From: Eledone cirrhosa
Taxonomy: Eukaryota
Reading direction: 5' to 3'
NCBI GenBank assembly: GCA_964016885.1
Contig: OZ024743.1
Coordinates: forward strand, 11,036,001 to 11,100,000
Length of the DNA: 64,000 bases
Below are positions 52,652 through 64,000 of the stretch, piece by piece (positions within the stretch are counted from its first letter, which is position 1; each line of letters opens with the position of its first letter). The position numbers and the translations under genes are program-made. The notes under the pieces were generated by a model, which worked only from the letters and a program-made list of their open reading frames with translations, was not told the origin of the DNA and ran no database searches.

Positions 52652-54678
52652 TTACTTACCTTCCGGGCTCTTGTGAAGGTCGGGTTGTTCGACTTCCATA
52701 GTTGGTGGGGTTTCTTTTGGGAACCCCTTTAAAAGTCTTTAAGTGGGTTTTACGTTCGGAGTTCCCACGTCCCGAGGAAAGCTGTCTCGTATTTCTTTGA
52801 ATATATCGAGCGGCATTCGCACCAGAACCAAATCTTCCGGGGCGCGAAATGTGCTCGATTTAAAAATTTCCCCCTCTTTTTGTATATTTTCACTTCGTGC
52901 TACGAGGGCCATCAGTTCCTTGTTGGCCCTCCTGACGAGCACGAAGTTTTGTATGTTTTGTTGGTGTCATTTTATTTGTTTGCGTGGCTGTGGTGGTGAT
53001 GGTTTTGGTGGTGTTGTTTCGGTTGTATCTGTGTTTGTTGTGAGTGCGGTGTCTGTGGTTTCAGATGTTTGCGTGTATTTTTGTTCTTGCGTCTGTTTAG
53101 GTTGTTTGCGTTTGGGGGATTCTGGTGATGGTGATGGTGGTGTAGATATTGGTGTTATTGGAGAGATGTTTGCGTGGGTGGTGTCTGCGTTTTTTATTGT
53201 GGGTGATTTTGTGCTTTGTTGAGTTTTTTTCTTTTTGTGTTTCCTTTTTTGTATTTTGGGGGATTTTGGTTTTCCCTCATCTTCACTACTGGTAGATGAG
53301 GGGTCTGTGTCTGTAAGTGTGTCTGTATGTATGTTTATGGTTTTATTGGTGTGTGTATTTGGGGGGAGAGGGGGAATTTGACAGCCTTCCTCATTTCCTC
53401 CCTGTGTGGTCAATGTTGGTGGTTTTGCCGGTGCTGGTGTTGGTTGTGGTCCTCGCCCCGGCGTCGGCAGCAGTGGAGCCTTTCGACCCCTTGCCTCTTT
53501 CAGCAGTTGAGAGCAGAAGGCTCGCAAATGGGTTTTTCCCCACAAACAAAACACTGCGGCCTTTTGCCTTCGGTCATAATGTGAATGACCATCCCATTCT
53601 GAAGGCGGATGTGGTCCGGGATTGTCTTCACATTCTCGGGCCTGATCTGGAGAAGGATCTCCAGGTCAACCCCGGACCAGTCCTCTCTGGCCGTTCTGGT
53701 CACTTCTATAGGGACGGTATCCGTCCCCTCCACAATCACACATCCCAGAAGCCACCACATGTCAAGTCCTGGTGGGATTCTTGGAATACGGAGACGGGCC
53801 GTTCTTTTTCCCATGTGGGAGGGGTACATTATGACCTTGCTGGTTTTGCAAGGAGTCATAGCGTGTTTCATAGCGAGGACTTCTGACTTGAACAACACCG
53901 AAATGGTGCCGTACTGTCTGCTCCTCTCTATGTACTGGGTGTCTTCTCTGATGCACCTCAGCGCGACATCTTCTTGTAGGATTAAAGCTGCCCTTTTGGT
54001 TTGTGCTGAGATGCATCTATAATGCACCGTTCTGCGCTCCACTGCCTCAATAGCTTCTACCGGGACAGTTAAGTTGGCCCAGGTTTGCTCTTGCTTGATG
54101 AGCTTCCATGCCTGGGCCAACTTTTCATCTTTGTTTGAGAGGTCCATGTTGAAGCATGGCCTCTTTTTTGCTGCTGCCGCAGCGAAAGTGTTCTTCTTGT
54201 TTTCGTTGGGGGTGTCGTTGTCGTTGTCGTTGTTCTTGTTGGTGTTGTTGTTAGCACTGTCGCTGTTATCATTGTTGTCTTTGTTACCACCGTTGTTCTC
54301 GGTGCAGTTGGTATTGTTAGTGCTGTTGTTAGCACTGACGCTGTTATCATTGTTGTCTTTGTTGCCACCATTGTTCTCGGTGCAGTTGGTATTGTTGCTG
54401 TTGGTGTTGTCGCTATTTGTTTTCATGTTAGTGGTGTTGATATTGTTGTTGTATTTGTTTTTTGTTTTTTTGTTATCTGTATTTTCGTTGTCGCTGTTAC
54501 TGTCATTTTTTTCAAAATTAGAGTTCTCATTGTTATCTTTGGTGTCTTTGTTTACATTGTTTGTGGTGGTGTTTGTGTTATTAATTTGTGTTAATTTCGC
54601 TGTAGCGCTCCTCTCAACTTCTACGTCGTTGTCGCACGACAGCAGACATATCGCTGGGGGGGGGCCTGGCTCAGCCAT
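52652..54678 (-). pseudogene. LINE C ORF1, frameshifted
   Basis: MAEPGPPP start, Asn-rich N-terminus with duplicated NNTNCTENNGGNKDNNDNS, EGKRPQCFVCGEK/THLRAFC knuckle split by a frameshift. Confidence 0.82.
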
Positions 54679-54880
54679 GTTTTTTTTTCTCCGTAAATGT
54701 TTTAACATGTAAAAAAAATTCAAATATTTGGGCCAAAAGGCCCAAATATACTTTCCCCTTTACAGGGCAAAGTCTAACGGCTTATATCCCTTACACAACA
54801 AGAAATATTTAACAACAAATAATTTTAACAGGTAAATAAAGCGACTTACTGGGAGCGAGCAAAATACGTCCGCTTAGACC

Positions 54881-55272
54881 AATAATAATAATAATAATCA
54901 TAGTGGTTTCTTATATAGGCACAAGGCCAGCAATTTTGGGGGAGGGGAAATTCGATTAAGTCGACCCCAGTGCGTGACTGGTACTTTATTTTATCGACCC
55001 CGTAAGGAAAAGCTAACCCCCGCGGGATTGAACTCAGAACGAAAAGCGCAGTAACAATATGCTGCAAAAGCATTTCGTCCGACGCTCTACTGATAATAAT
55101 AATTGTTTCTACTTTGGGCACAGGGCCAGCAATTATCCCAGTGTATTACTGGTACTTTATTTTATCGACCTCGTAAGGATGAAGGGCAAAGTTAACCTCG
55201 GTGGGATTTGAATTCAGACCATAAAAGGTCGTAACTCTATGCTGCAAAGCATGGCGTCCGATACTGCCAATC
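54881..55272 (-). mobile_element. Two head-to-tail tRNA-derived SINEs abutting the LINE C 5' end
   Basis: Units 54881-55095 and 55096-55272 of the 19843-20500 family, each with an (ATT)n tail. Confidence 0.85.
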
Positions 55273-55684
55273 AATAATCACTTACACCGATTCATTCTTA
55301 TATCTATATTTGTTAGTATATTCGTTTATATTCATTCCTTTTTATATGTTTTGCAGGATTCTTGATGTGAAATCGTGTGTTGTAACAGATATTGTTATAA
55401 TTTGAGAAGGCCAGGATACCAATAAAAACACAAGTAACAGTTGAATTTCATTTCTGCTTTATAATCCAGGTAACTAATCCATGCTTCTATTAGTTTAGTA
55501 ACTGGATCGTTATTTAGATGTCAGAGATGTTTTGTCACATGTTCTGTGGCCATTTCAATAACTATCCTTGTTCTTCTATCGAAACGAAGGGGAGACACAG
55601 AGGAGCAAGAGTAGACATTGAAAAGTTAGAGAATATGTTGATATAAGGCCAGCATACCTAATAACAAAACTGGATTGACATTCA

Positions 55685-55735
55685 CTGGTGCGAGTGTTTT
55701 TATTGACAGCATGGCCCTCCTAAAGTATAACAAAT
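55685..55735 (+). mobile_element. Diverged PLE family A-like 3' terminus
   Basis: CTGGTGCGAGTGTTTTTATTGACAGCATGGCCCTCCTAAAGTATAACAA versus 3089-3138. Confidence 0.7.
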
Positions 55736-56307
55736 ATACGTGCGCATGTGTGAGTTTGTGTTTGTATGTGAGTGTTTGTTAGTGTGTGAGTGTGAAGAAA
55801 GTGTGGTTCAAAATGCCGAAAGAGTCTAGCTGTCTGAATATAGTGAGTGGGGAAAACGACAATCAACCGAAAGTATCCTTTAATATTCTGATTATGCATT
55901 TCAAAAAGCTTACATATATATATATGTATGTGTGTGTATGTGTTCGGGTGTGTGTATGTGTTCGTGTGTGTGTATGTGTTCGTACGTGTGTCCTTGTGCG
56001 TGTCTGTTTGCGCGTGTGTTTGTCTTGTGTATGAGATAAAGTTGCGAAACAAACAGCGGGAAGTCAGTAGTTCTGGCCCCCTTACCGACACAATAATGTG
56101 TTTTTAGCTTCTGCGTGTAGTTCATCGTATGGAAGCAGTTGAACTCCGGAGCAGGACACTGGCAAATCACTTTACTGTAAATATGTATTTGTGATCTACG
56201 TCGTAAACAGAAATCAGGTGTCACTTAAAGGATCGAGTTATTAAAATGTATGTTTATGCGCACAAGCACACACTCACACCTGTATGTATGAATGTATATA
56301 TGTGTAT

Positions 56308-56369
<62 letters not shown>

Positions 56370-56881
56370 TAAAAGGAAAAGAAAATGCTGACAAATTGTT
56401 CCCAGTGAAAAATAGTTTAATTAGGAATAAGTAAAAATTAGTAATAGTATTGGTTAGTATTCAGTTTTGGTTTTAAGTTTTACCGGTTGCGCATTTCTAA
56501 TGCTTTTCAAAAATAATTTTGAGATAGAGCGCCCGTGATGTTTGCTCTAATCTGATTAGTTTTGGAAATTCTACCTCTTTTATGTAAAAAAAAAGTGGCT
56601 CCAGATGTATGAAAAAATTCTTGTGGTCAAAACAATTTTGATTGGTTGGTAGAGGTCATGTGAATGTTAAAAATTGATTTTGAGCCAAATGTAGGTTTGT
56701 CTCGGCTGATTGAGAAGTCACTGAAAAATAAGTCTTTCAAAACAAATATGTGTGTGTGTGTATGTGTGTAGTAGTAGTAGTAAAGAGGTTCGTTGTTGTG
56801 ATAATGGTCAGCAGGGATGTGTGTGCGAACCGCAGCCTGTTGACGGTTCAAATGCCTATTAAGACAAGTGTGTGTGCGCGC

Positions 56882-56947
<66 letters not shown>

Positions 56948-57645
56948 CAGAGTAATTCGTGGAAGAGGGATGGTCAGTAGGAATGTATCTGTACGTGTGT
57001 GGGGGATATTTTAACATGTTAAAAGATATTTTTCAGCTCTTGTCTTATACGGAGAAGTGTGTGTGTGTGTGGGTGTGTGTGTATGTCTCTTTGTATGTTA
57101 ATGTACGCGTGTGTATGTGTGTGTGTATATATATATGTGTGTGTGTGTGAGAATGTGTGTGTGGGGGGGGGGCAGTATTTTTGTGATACTGGTAAAAATG
57201 GTGTACATTATTCGATATTTTCAGTAAAAACGATTCTCTTCATAGAATATCAAAAACATTAATAATAAAAGGTGTGAAATGATATATAGTATTGGCATAA
57301 TACCAAGGTGTGTATGAGTGTCCAGATTGTACGTACTGCAAGGGGAATCCATTAGGCCTTGCCGTATTGGAATACTTGTGTACAAATATGTATGTGCCCA
57401 TCAGTGTGCAATGCATGTGTGCGTATATGTATGTGTGTGTGTCGGCACGTTTATATCTATAGACATCAAAAGGTATGCAAATTTGTGTATATTATTATAT
57501 ATATATTGTGTTGCACCATAGAACATGTGTGTTTACGTATGTCATTGTGTTTATATGTGGATAGAGATGTATGCTGATGTAGGTATGTATGTTGACGTGT
57601 GTATGTTGTGGGTTCGTCTTAGGGAGAAGTGTTTAGACGGGGTCC

Positions 57646-57704
<59 letters not shown>

Positions 57705-57744
57705 TCGTTATCGAGTATGGCCATTGCACGATATAACATTATTA

Positions 57745-57940
57745 ATAATTATTAATTAATTGTTTCTACTTTTGGCACAAGGCCAGCAATTACCCAGTAC
57801 GCTACTGGTACTTTATTTTATCGACCCCGTAAGGATGAAAGGCAAAGTAAACCTCGACGGGATTTGAACTCAAACCGTAAAGGGACGTAACTATGCTAGA
57901 AAGCATGGCGTCCAACCCTCTACTGATACTGCCAATTCAC
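57745..57940 (-). mobile_element. tRNA-derived SINE
   Basis: Same short variant as 55096-55272. Confidence 0.8.
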
Positions 57941-58338
57941 CGTGAAATGCATGAAGAATTTTTTTTTAATGAGGAAAGACTGTGCACTGAGCCAATCCCA
58001 CTCTCTGAGCGACAGTAGCTATAACCAGAAAAGAAAAGATCAGCATCCCCGGTAACTACTGAGCCGCAGGTTTTATGTTGGAGTTATCCCAGTTTCCTGA
58101 GTTGCCTTCTCCTAGAAGAATGCCCTGACACAGGCTAGGGGTCCTTCACTCCCAGTGGTTTAACCGTGCGATCGGGTATCCAGCCCGATTATTTCTATTT
58201 CCCCGCGCATATACATACACATATATACATGTATATATGTGTATATGTATATATGTATATATACACATATATACACATATATGTATATATGTATATACAC
58301 ATATATACACATGCATACATGTATATACATATTTACAC

Positions 58339-58369
<31 letters not shown>

Positions 58370-61300
58370 CATTCATACCTACATACATATATGAGTGTGT
58401 GTATGTATGTATGTATGTATGTATGTATGTATGTATGTATGTATGTATGTATGTATGTATGTATGTCTGGTGAGCTCCCACGCAGTTTTTGCCCACTAAA
58501 TCGCTTTGCTCGACCCGATGTTATGATGGTATACAAACAAGATGGCACGTAGTAGGATCGGTAAAGAAATTTCTAACTACAGAGTTGTGACTGCGCCCTT
58601 AGTTTATTATTCATAAGTTTGCACAAGTTTATTAGTAATTAAGTAACAAATATATGGAAGCAGGATGGTTCAAAAACTATTTGTATATTCTAAATCTAAA
58701 CAAGACTGACGGAGAACATTACGAAGAAAGAAAAAAAGTGGAGGGGGGGGGCGCGTCATGTGAGACAATCCAGTGTTTTCCTATTTGGTGTTTTATTACA
58801 CTTAAAATATTTGTCAATATTCAGATACCGGCATTAAATGAAATTTGTTTAAAATTAAAACTAAACCTAATTATTAGAATTGAACCTGTTTGATTAAATT
58901 GTATCGACGGAACAATAAAAATATATTCCTTTATTAGATTTGAATTTTGATGAACCTCTTTCAATCAAGTTCATTTTATGTAGTGAGAATTTTTGAAATT
59001 TCACTAGAATTTTGAGAGAATTCCGTACCTCTTCATCTACAATAGCAGCAACGTTTGAACGATTATAAAGAGGCACCAAGAGGAATGCACAAAGTTATAC
59101 AGAACAAGTATAAAAGACAATAATATGAAGCTTTTATGAGAGAGAAAAAAACAGGAAATTTGAAAAAAAAAAGCAATACGATTAAAAAAACGAAAACATA
59201 ACTATTTAAGAAACAACAAGAAACTGTTGTAAGGAAAAAGTAAAAAGAAATTAGTTGAGTTTGTGTTAACGGCGTCTTTATATGGCGACAGACGCACTGT
59301 CATTGTCTGATAGAATCATGCTGTGCCACTTGAGATGGCTACAATTCTCTCACAGAAATGCCCCTTCCTCTAAACAAAAATGTCACATCTACAAGATTGA
59401 CATCTTATCTTACAATACGCCTAATCATTGCAGCAACTTGTGTGACGTTTTAACGAGCATTACAGTCTGTCTACAATGTTGTCTGCTTTAGGTAGAGGGC
59501 CGTTACGTGTTTGCTGAGAAGCTGAATGACTGACTAGATGTGAAGAAAAAAATATATTTATGAATTACAAAACCTACTTCTTGCACACAAACAAAATTCA
59601 CAGGCAGCCACAGACACTCGCATACACATCGACGTTCATATAGATACATACACAATGATTCTGTTTTATCTGTCTGTTTACATATTTGTGCCTATGAAAG
59701 TATTTGTATATAAGTCAATATTTTCAAAGGTAGTTGAGAGGAAGAGGGATCACAAAGAAAGATGGCGTCAGAGCTGTTGGCCACATGAACTGTTGTGGTA
59801 ATACCCTATCTTTATATTGTTCAACGTGTCTGGCTTCTGTTTTATAGGTTTGTGTATTTAACAGTTTAGCTGTAATACTAGTGGCACCCAGCAGTGTACA
59901 TAAATATCGATTATAAATGTACATGTGACCTGAGCGGTCATACTTTGTTCTCAACTTGTAAAGAATCAGTTCCGTTTCCTCAATACTTTTGTGTAACTCA
60001 ATCACAATTCACTTGAACACTCCACTGACTATGTAATGACAGGTGGCAGATACATGAAAAGCAATGTAAACTATAGCCTACTTAATTATAGTCTTAATAT
60101 TACAAGATTTTGAAATGCGCCGCTAATTCTATTTTAAAGATACTTGACGCTTCATTTTGTATCATATATTCGTACATATTTATATGCTGTTTTCTCGTCA
60201 GAGTATAAAGAGAGCCCGTCTAGACTTCTTGTTTCTTGCCAGTGAAACATTGTATAATGTTTGTTTACATGTATTTAGTAGCAAACATTTCTAGAAAGAA
60301 AATTTGGTGGGATATTCGGCAGCCCCAGGATATTCTATTCTGTTAGTTTATCGAGACTTTAGTATTCTATAGTTTCTCATTGGAGTGTGATAGATAATTG
60401 TTTCATCGATCTCTTATATATGAAAGTGAAGACCCTTACTGAATTAGAATAATGATTATTCAAATTGATACAACTTTACAAAATATTATTTTAAAGGCAC
60501 TACAATAACATCCAATATTTGGCAAAGGGTTTACGGAATAGGTGCAGGATCGAGCAAAAGAAATTTTGGTATTTAGATTCGTTGTTTTATTTTCTTTGCC
60601 TTTCATCATCGTGATCAATAAAATAAGTACCAATCAAGTATCCCTCTGTGCTTACATTCGAAAACATTATTTATAATTTTATCCCAAGACCATAACATTT
60701 TAAGAATGAATTTAGTTGAGTCGCTACCCATAACTGACTTAGATTTTTTGTTTTTTTTTAATTTTTAACTCCAGAAATATGAAAACGGAAGCTGACTTAG
60801 CAAACTGTTGAACTCAAACAGTCAGATACATTGCTGAGATATATTCTGTAAACTGTCGTTTCTGCTACTCTTGAGCCCTTCTGCATATGAATGTTAATAA
60901 GTGCTCGTATTGATGTCTTTGGACAATGCACGAGAGTCTAAAGTGTGTAGAGATGGGTATTGTCGACTGTGTGTAATACTGTACTATTTTATGAATGAAA
61001 GTTTATGTCAACGCAGACATTTACATAGATCAGAGAATAAAACTAAATACAGTAATGTATTTTTTCCAACACTGTTTCATTTTTCTACAGCCAATAGAAA
61101 GCATCTTTACATTCTATATATGACGGATGTCAGACAGCTCTATTCTTGAAAGGGAGAAGATAGTCTTTCATTTAAAACGTTTGCATTATGCAAAAAACAG
61201 TGGATTACTAAAGATACTGCCAAGAAAAATCATACGAAAAGATAAGGACAAGCACCGACATCCACATTCAAATTATAAAAACAAATTATACTAAAATTCC

Positions 61301-61518
61301 CTACAAATAATAACTTACAGCAGTACGAATGTTTCTGATAATACACCATTAGTAATTACAAATTCAACATAATTCCTCACGAAAATTGAAAGATTAAAAT
61401 GATAAATTATGTTATTTATAAACATATGATGAATTATGTTTTAGTCTTAAGGAAACTGCAAAAAATTTCTATATCAGCCTTTCTTTATACATATATATAT
61501 AAATATACATACATAAAT

Positions 61519-61644
<126 letters not shown>

Positions 61645-61659
61645 TTATATATATATATA

Positions 61660-61712
61660 CATCTAATACCAACACTGTTCGTACTGAACTCTTTATTATT
61701 GTTTTTGTTCTT

Positions 61713-61782
<70 letters not shown>

Positions 61783-61831
61783 AAACACAAAAACAATAAT
61801 AAAGAGTGCAGTATGAACAGTGTTTATACTA

Positions 61832-61835
<4 letters not shown>
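61660..61835. repeat. Inverted ~59-nt repeats flanking a (TA)n tract
   Basis: 61660-61718 versus 61777-61835, a handful of mismatches. Confidence 0.85.
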
Positions 61836-61911
<76 letters not shown>

Positions 61912-61913
<2 letters not shown>

Positions 61914-62280
61914 GGAAAATTTGAACAGGAACAAAACAGAGAGGCAGTACAACGAATGTTTATTAATTTCACGCTCTTGAGAGTGGGGTGGTGGTGGGGA
62001 ACGACGCTTCGGGCATAAGCCCTTCTTCAGGTGAAAAGTGTGTGGGAAGAGAGTTCAAAGGGTGTGTAGGGGAGTGGTGGAGAGACATATAGCGAAAAGG
62101 GGGTGGGAGGAAACGGTGCGAATGAAATTAAAAATAAAAGCATGATCAAAATAAAATAAAATTAAAATGGGGTAAAACAGGTGGTGGAAGGGTGTGGGGC
62201 GTGTAGGGGTGGTGGCGGGTGGAGTGGGGAGAGGGAGACGGGGTGTCCGAACGGGGAGGGCTGAAGGTGGTGTGTGTGTG

Positions 62281-62353
<73 letters not shown>

Positions 62354-62933
62354 GTGTGTGTGAAAGCAAGGGTTGGGGGAAGAACGGGGTTGCATGTTCA
62401 GGAAGAGGTGTGTGTTGGGTGGGGGAGAGGAATCCGGAGGCTGAAGGTGTAAATATGTGGTGGAAAGCACGTGTGTGTGGGGTTTAAGCGTGTTGTGGGT
62501 GTAGGTGGCGTGTGGGAAAAAAATGTTTGTTGGGTGTGTGTGTGGGTGAGTTATAAAGGTGATTCCTTAAGATGTGGTTGAAAGGTTGGTAAACTCCTAG
62601 GATGGTAGTGGATTCCGCGGTCAAGGTCCACATACGAGTAATCCATGAAGAGATGGTCGGAAGAGGAGAGATGTGGGGTGCGCGCGCAACAGGAAGTGGT
62701 CAAGGCAGTAGGAGTGCTGTGTGTCTGTGTGTGCTGGGAGGTGGTCAGAGGGCATAGCAGCAGTAGGGTGGAATGGTAAAGGGGCGAGGATGGGTAGGTG
62801 TTAAAGTTGGAGTGAGGAGGGTGTGTGTGTGTATTAGTAGAGGTGTTAGTGGGATGAGTGAGTGTTAGAGAAAGGATGTGGGTGGAGCGGGGAGAGAAGG
62901 GTGTGGGGGTCGATGGAGGGAGTGTGGTGTACT
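61912..62933 (-). mobile_element. Probable PLE family B 3' region
   Basis: C/T- and CA-rich UTR, hammerhead motif, AATAAA at ~61970, ends at (TA)n. Confidence 0.55.
62000..62033 (-). ncRNA. Minimal hammerhead-like motif (GAAA to GAAG variant)
   Basis: AC-CTGAAGA-A-GGGC-TTAT-GCCC-GAAG-CG-TC-GT; stem I only ~2 bp. Confidence 0.6.
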
Positions 62934-63065
62934 GGAGGGTCATGTTGCCAATAAGAAACACACGCACCAGTTGTTCACTTCAATTTATTATATATTTATA
63001 AATTTATAAATTTATAAATTTCTGGTTGGTTGGTTGGTTCCACAACCAGATAGTTGTTTATATAT

Positions 63066-63110
63066 AGTCATAGTTCTTTCGTCACACACTCTGTGACCTC
63101 TTCAGTGACT
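63066..63110 (-). ncRNA. Minimal hammerhead ribozyme (PLE family A)
   Basis: Exact reverse complement of 2945-2989, in sense orientation downstream of GIY-YIG. Confidence 0.8.
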
Positions 63111-63308
63111 GGGGATTCCTTTCTTTGTTTCTGTGCCTCTCCTTTGTTCTGTCCTACGCCATTTTGTTTCTGTGTGTGTGTTGTGTGCTCAGTCTGCGCA
63201 TGCGCCACATCCGGGTGTCTGTGTGTGTTTATGTTCATTTATTTATTTGTTTATTTACATGTTACTGGTTGGTTGTTTGTTCTATGTGTGTGTGTTTTCA
63301 TTTTGTCC

Positions 63309-63636
63309 TTAATTGTAAGTTGTGATGTTGCTGTTCCACTCATATTTTCTATTTAATTTTGGTTGTAATTCTTTTATGTTTATTGCCTCTGTAATTTGTC
63401 TAAACATTGCGTCTTTTCTGTGTGTAGATTCTATTTTTATTTCTATGTTCTCTAATTTACCCTTGTGTTCTATTTTAGCATGTTGGTAGAGTACAGATGA
63501 TTCTTTATTATCTTGAAGGTCTCGCCAGTGTTCATTTATCCGTTCCCCAACACTGCGAGCTGTCTCACCTATGTACACTATATTTTTGTCTCTACATTGT
63601 CCTTCAGTACATCTTATGCTATACACTACATTTCTA
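63309..63636 (-). pseudogene. GIY-YIG endonuclease domain of PLE (5'-truncated)
   Basis: NVVYSIRCTEGQC...VYIGETARS...QPKLNRKYE; 3 aa differences from the 11-kb copy. Confidence 0.92.
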
Positions 63637-63866
63637 CACTACATTTCACAACTTACAATTAAGGACAAAATGAAAACACACACACACACACATAGAACAA
63701 ACAACCAACCAGTAACATGTAAATAAACAAATAAATAAATGAACATAAACACACACAGACACCCGGATGTGGCGCATGCGCAGACTGAGCACACAACACA
63801 CACACAGAAACAAAATGGCGTAGGACAGAACAAAGGAGAGGCACAGAAACAAAGAAAGGAATCCCC

Positions 63867-63911
63867 AGTCACTGAAGAGGTCACAGAGTGTGTGACGAAA
63901 GAACTATGACT
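63867..63911 (+). ncRNA. Minimal hammerhead ribozyme (PLE family A)
   Basis: Identical to 2945-2989. Confidence 0.8.
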
Positions 63912-64000
63912 ATATATAAACAACTATCTGGTTGTGGAACCAACCAACTAACCAGAAATTTATAAATTTATAAATTTATAAATATATAATAAATTGAAGT

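Larger units (their letters stand above)
48929..54879 (-). mobile_element. Near full-length L1/Tx1-clade LINE (copy C), disrupted
   Basis: ORF1, ORF2 and 3' UTR ending AATAAATGAAATC(ATT)n. Confidence 0.93.
62934..64000. mobile_element. Penelope-like family A with inverted pseudo-LTRs (runs off the window)
   Basis: Minus arm 62934-63636 (GIY-YIG plus 3' UTR) and near-identical plus arm 63646-64000. Confidence 0.92.

Overview
AT-rich, microsatellite-dense eukaryotic intergenic or intronic DNA. The repeat repertoire suggests an octopus or other cephalopod genome (inference). No host protein-coding gene could be supported, and nearly all short ORFs are translated microsatellites or antisense frames. 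The window is a retroelement landscape: (i) three near full-length, frameshifted L1/Tx1-clade LINEs of different subfamilies (+ ~4410-10445; - ~43235-48928; - ~48929-54879) plus fragments; (ii) several Penelope-like element (PLE) families with GIY-YIG remnants, inverted pseudo-LTRs, solo tails in (TA)n and type I hammerhead ribozyme motifs; (iii) tRNA-type SINEs, CRE-like and RTE remnants, and MITEs. Top leads: a conserved AG|GTAAGT splice donor overlapping the ORF1 stop in all three LINEs, with phase-compatible acceptors that would fuse ORF1 to ORF2; head-to-tail stacking of LINEs and SINEs at (ATT)n tails with shared 3' ends; and a hammerhead variant with a very long stem II insert. All alignments were done by eye and boundaries are approximate.
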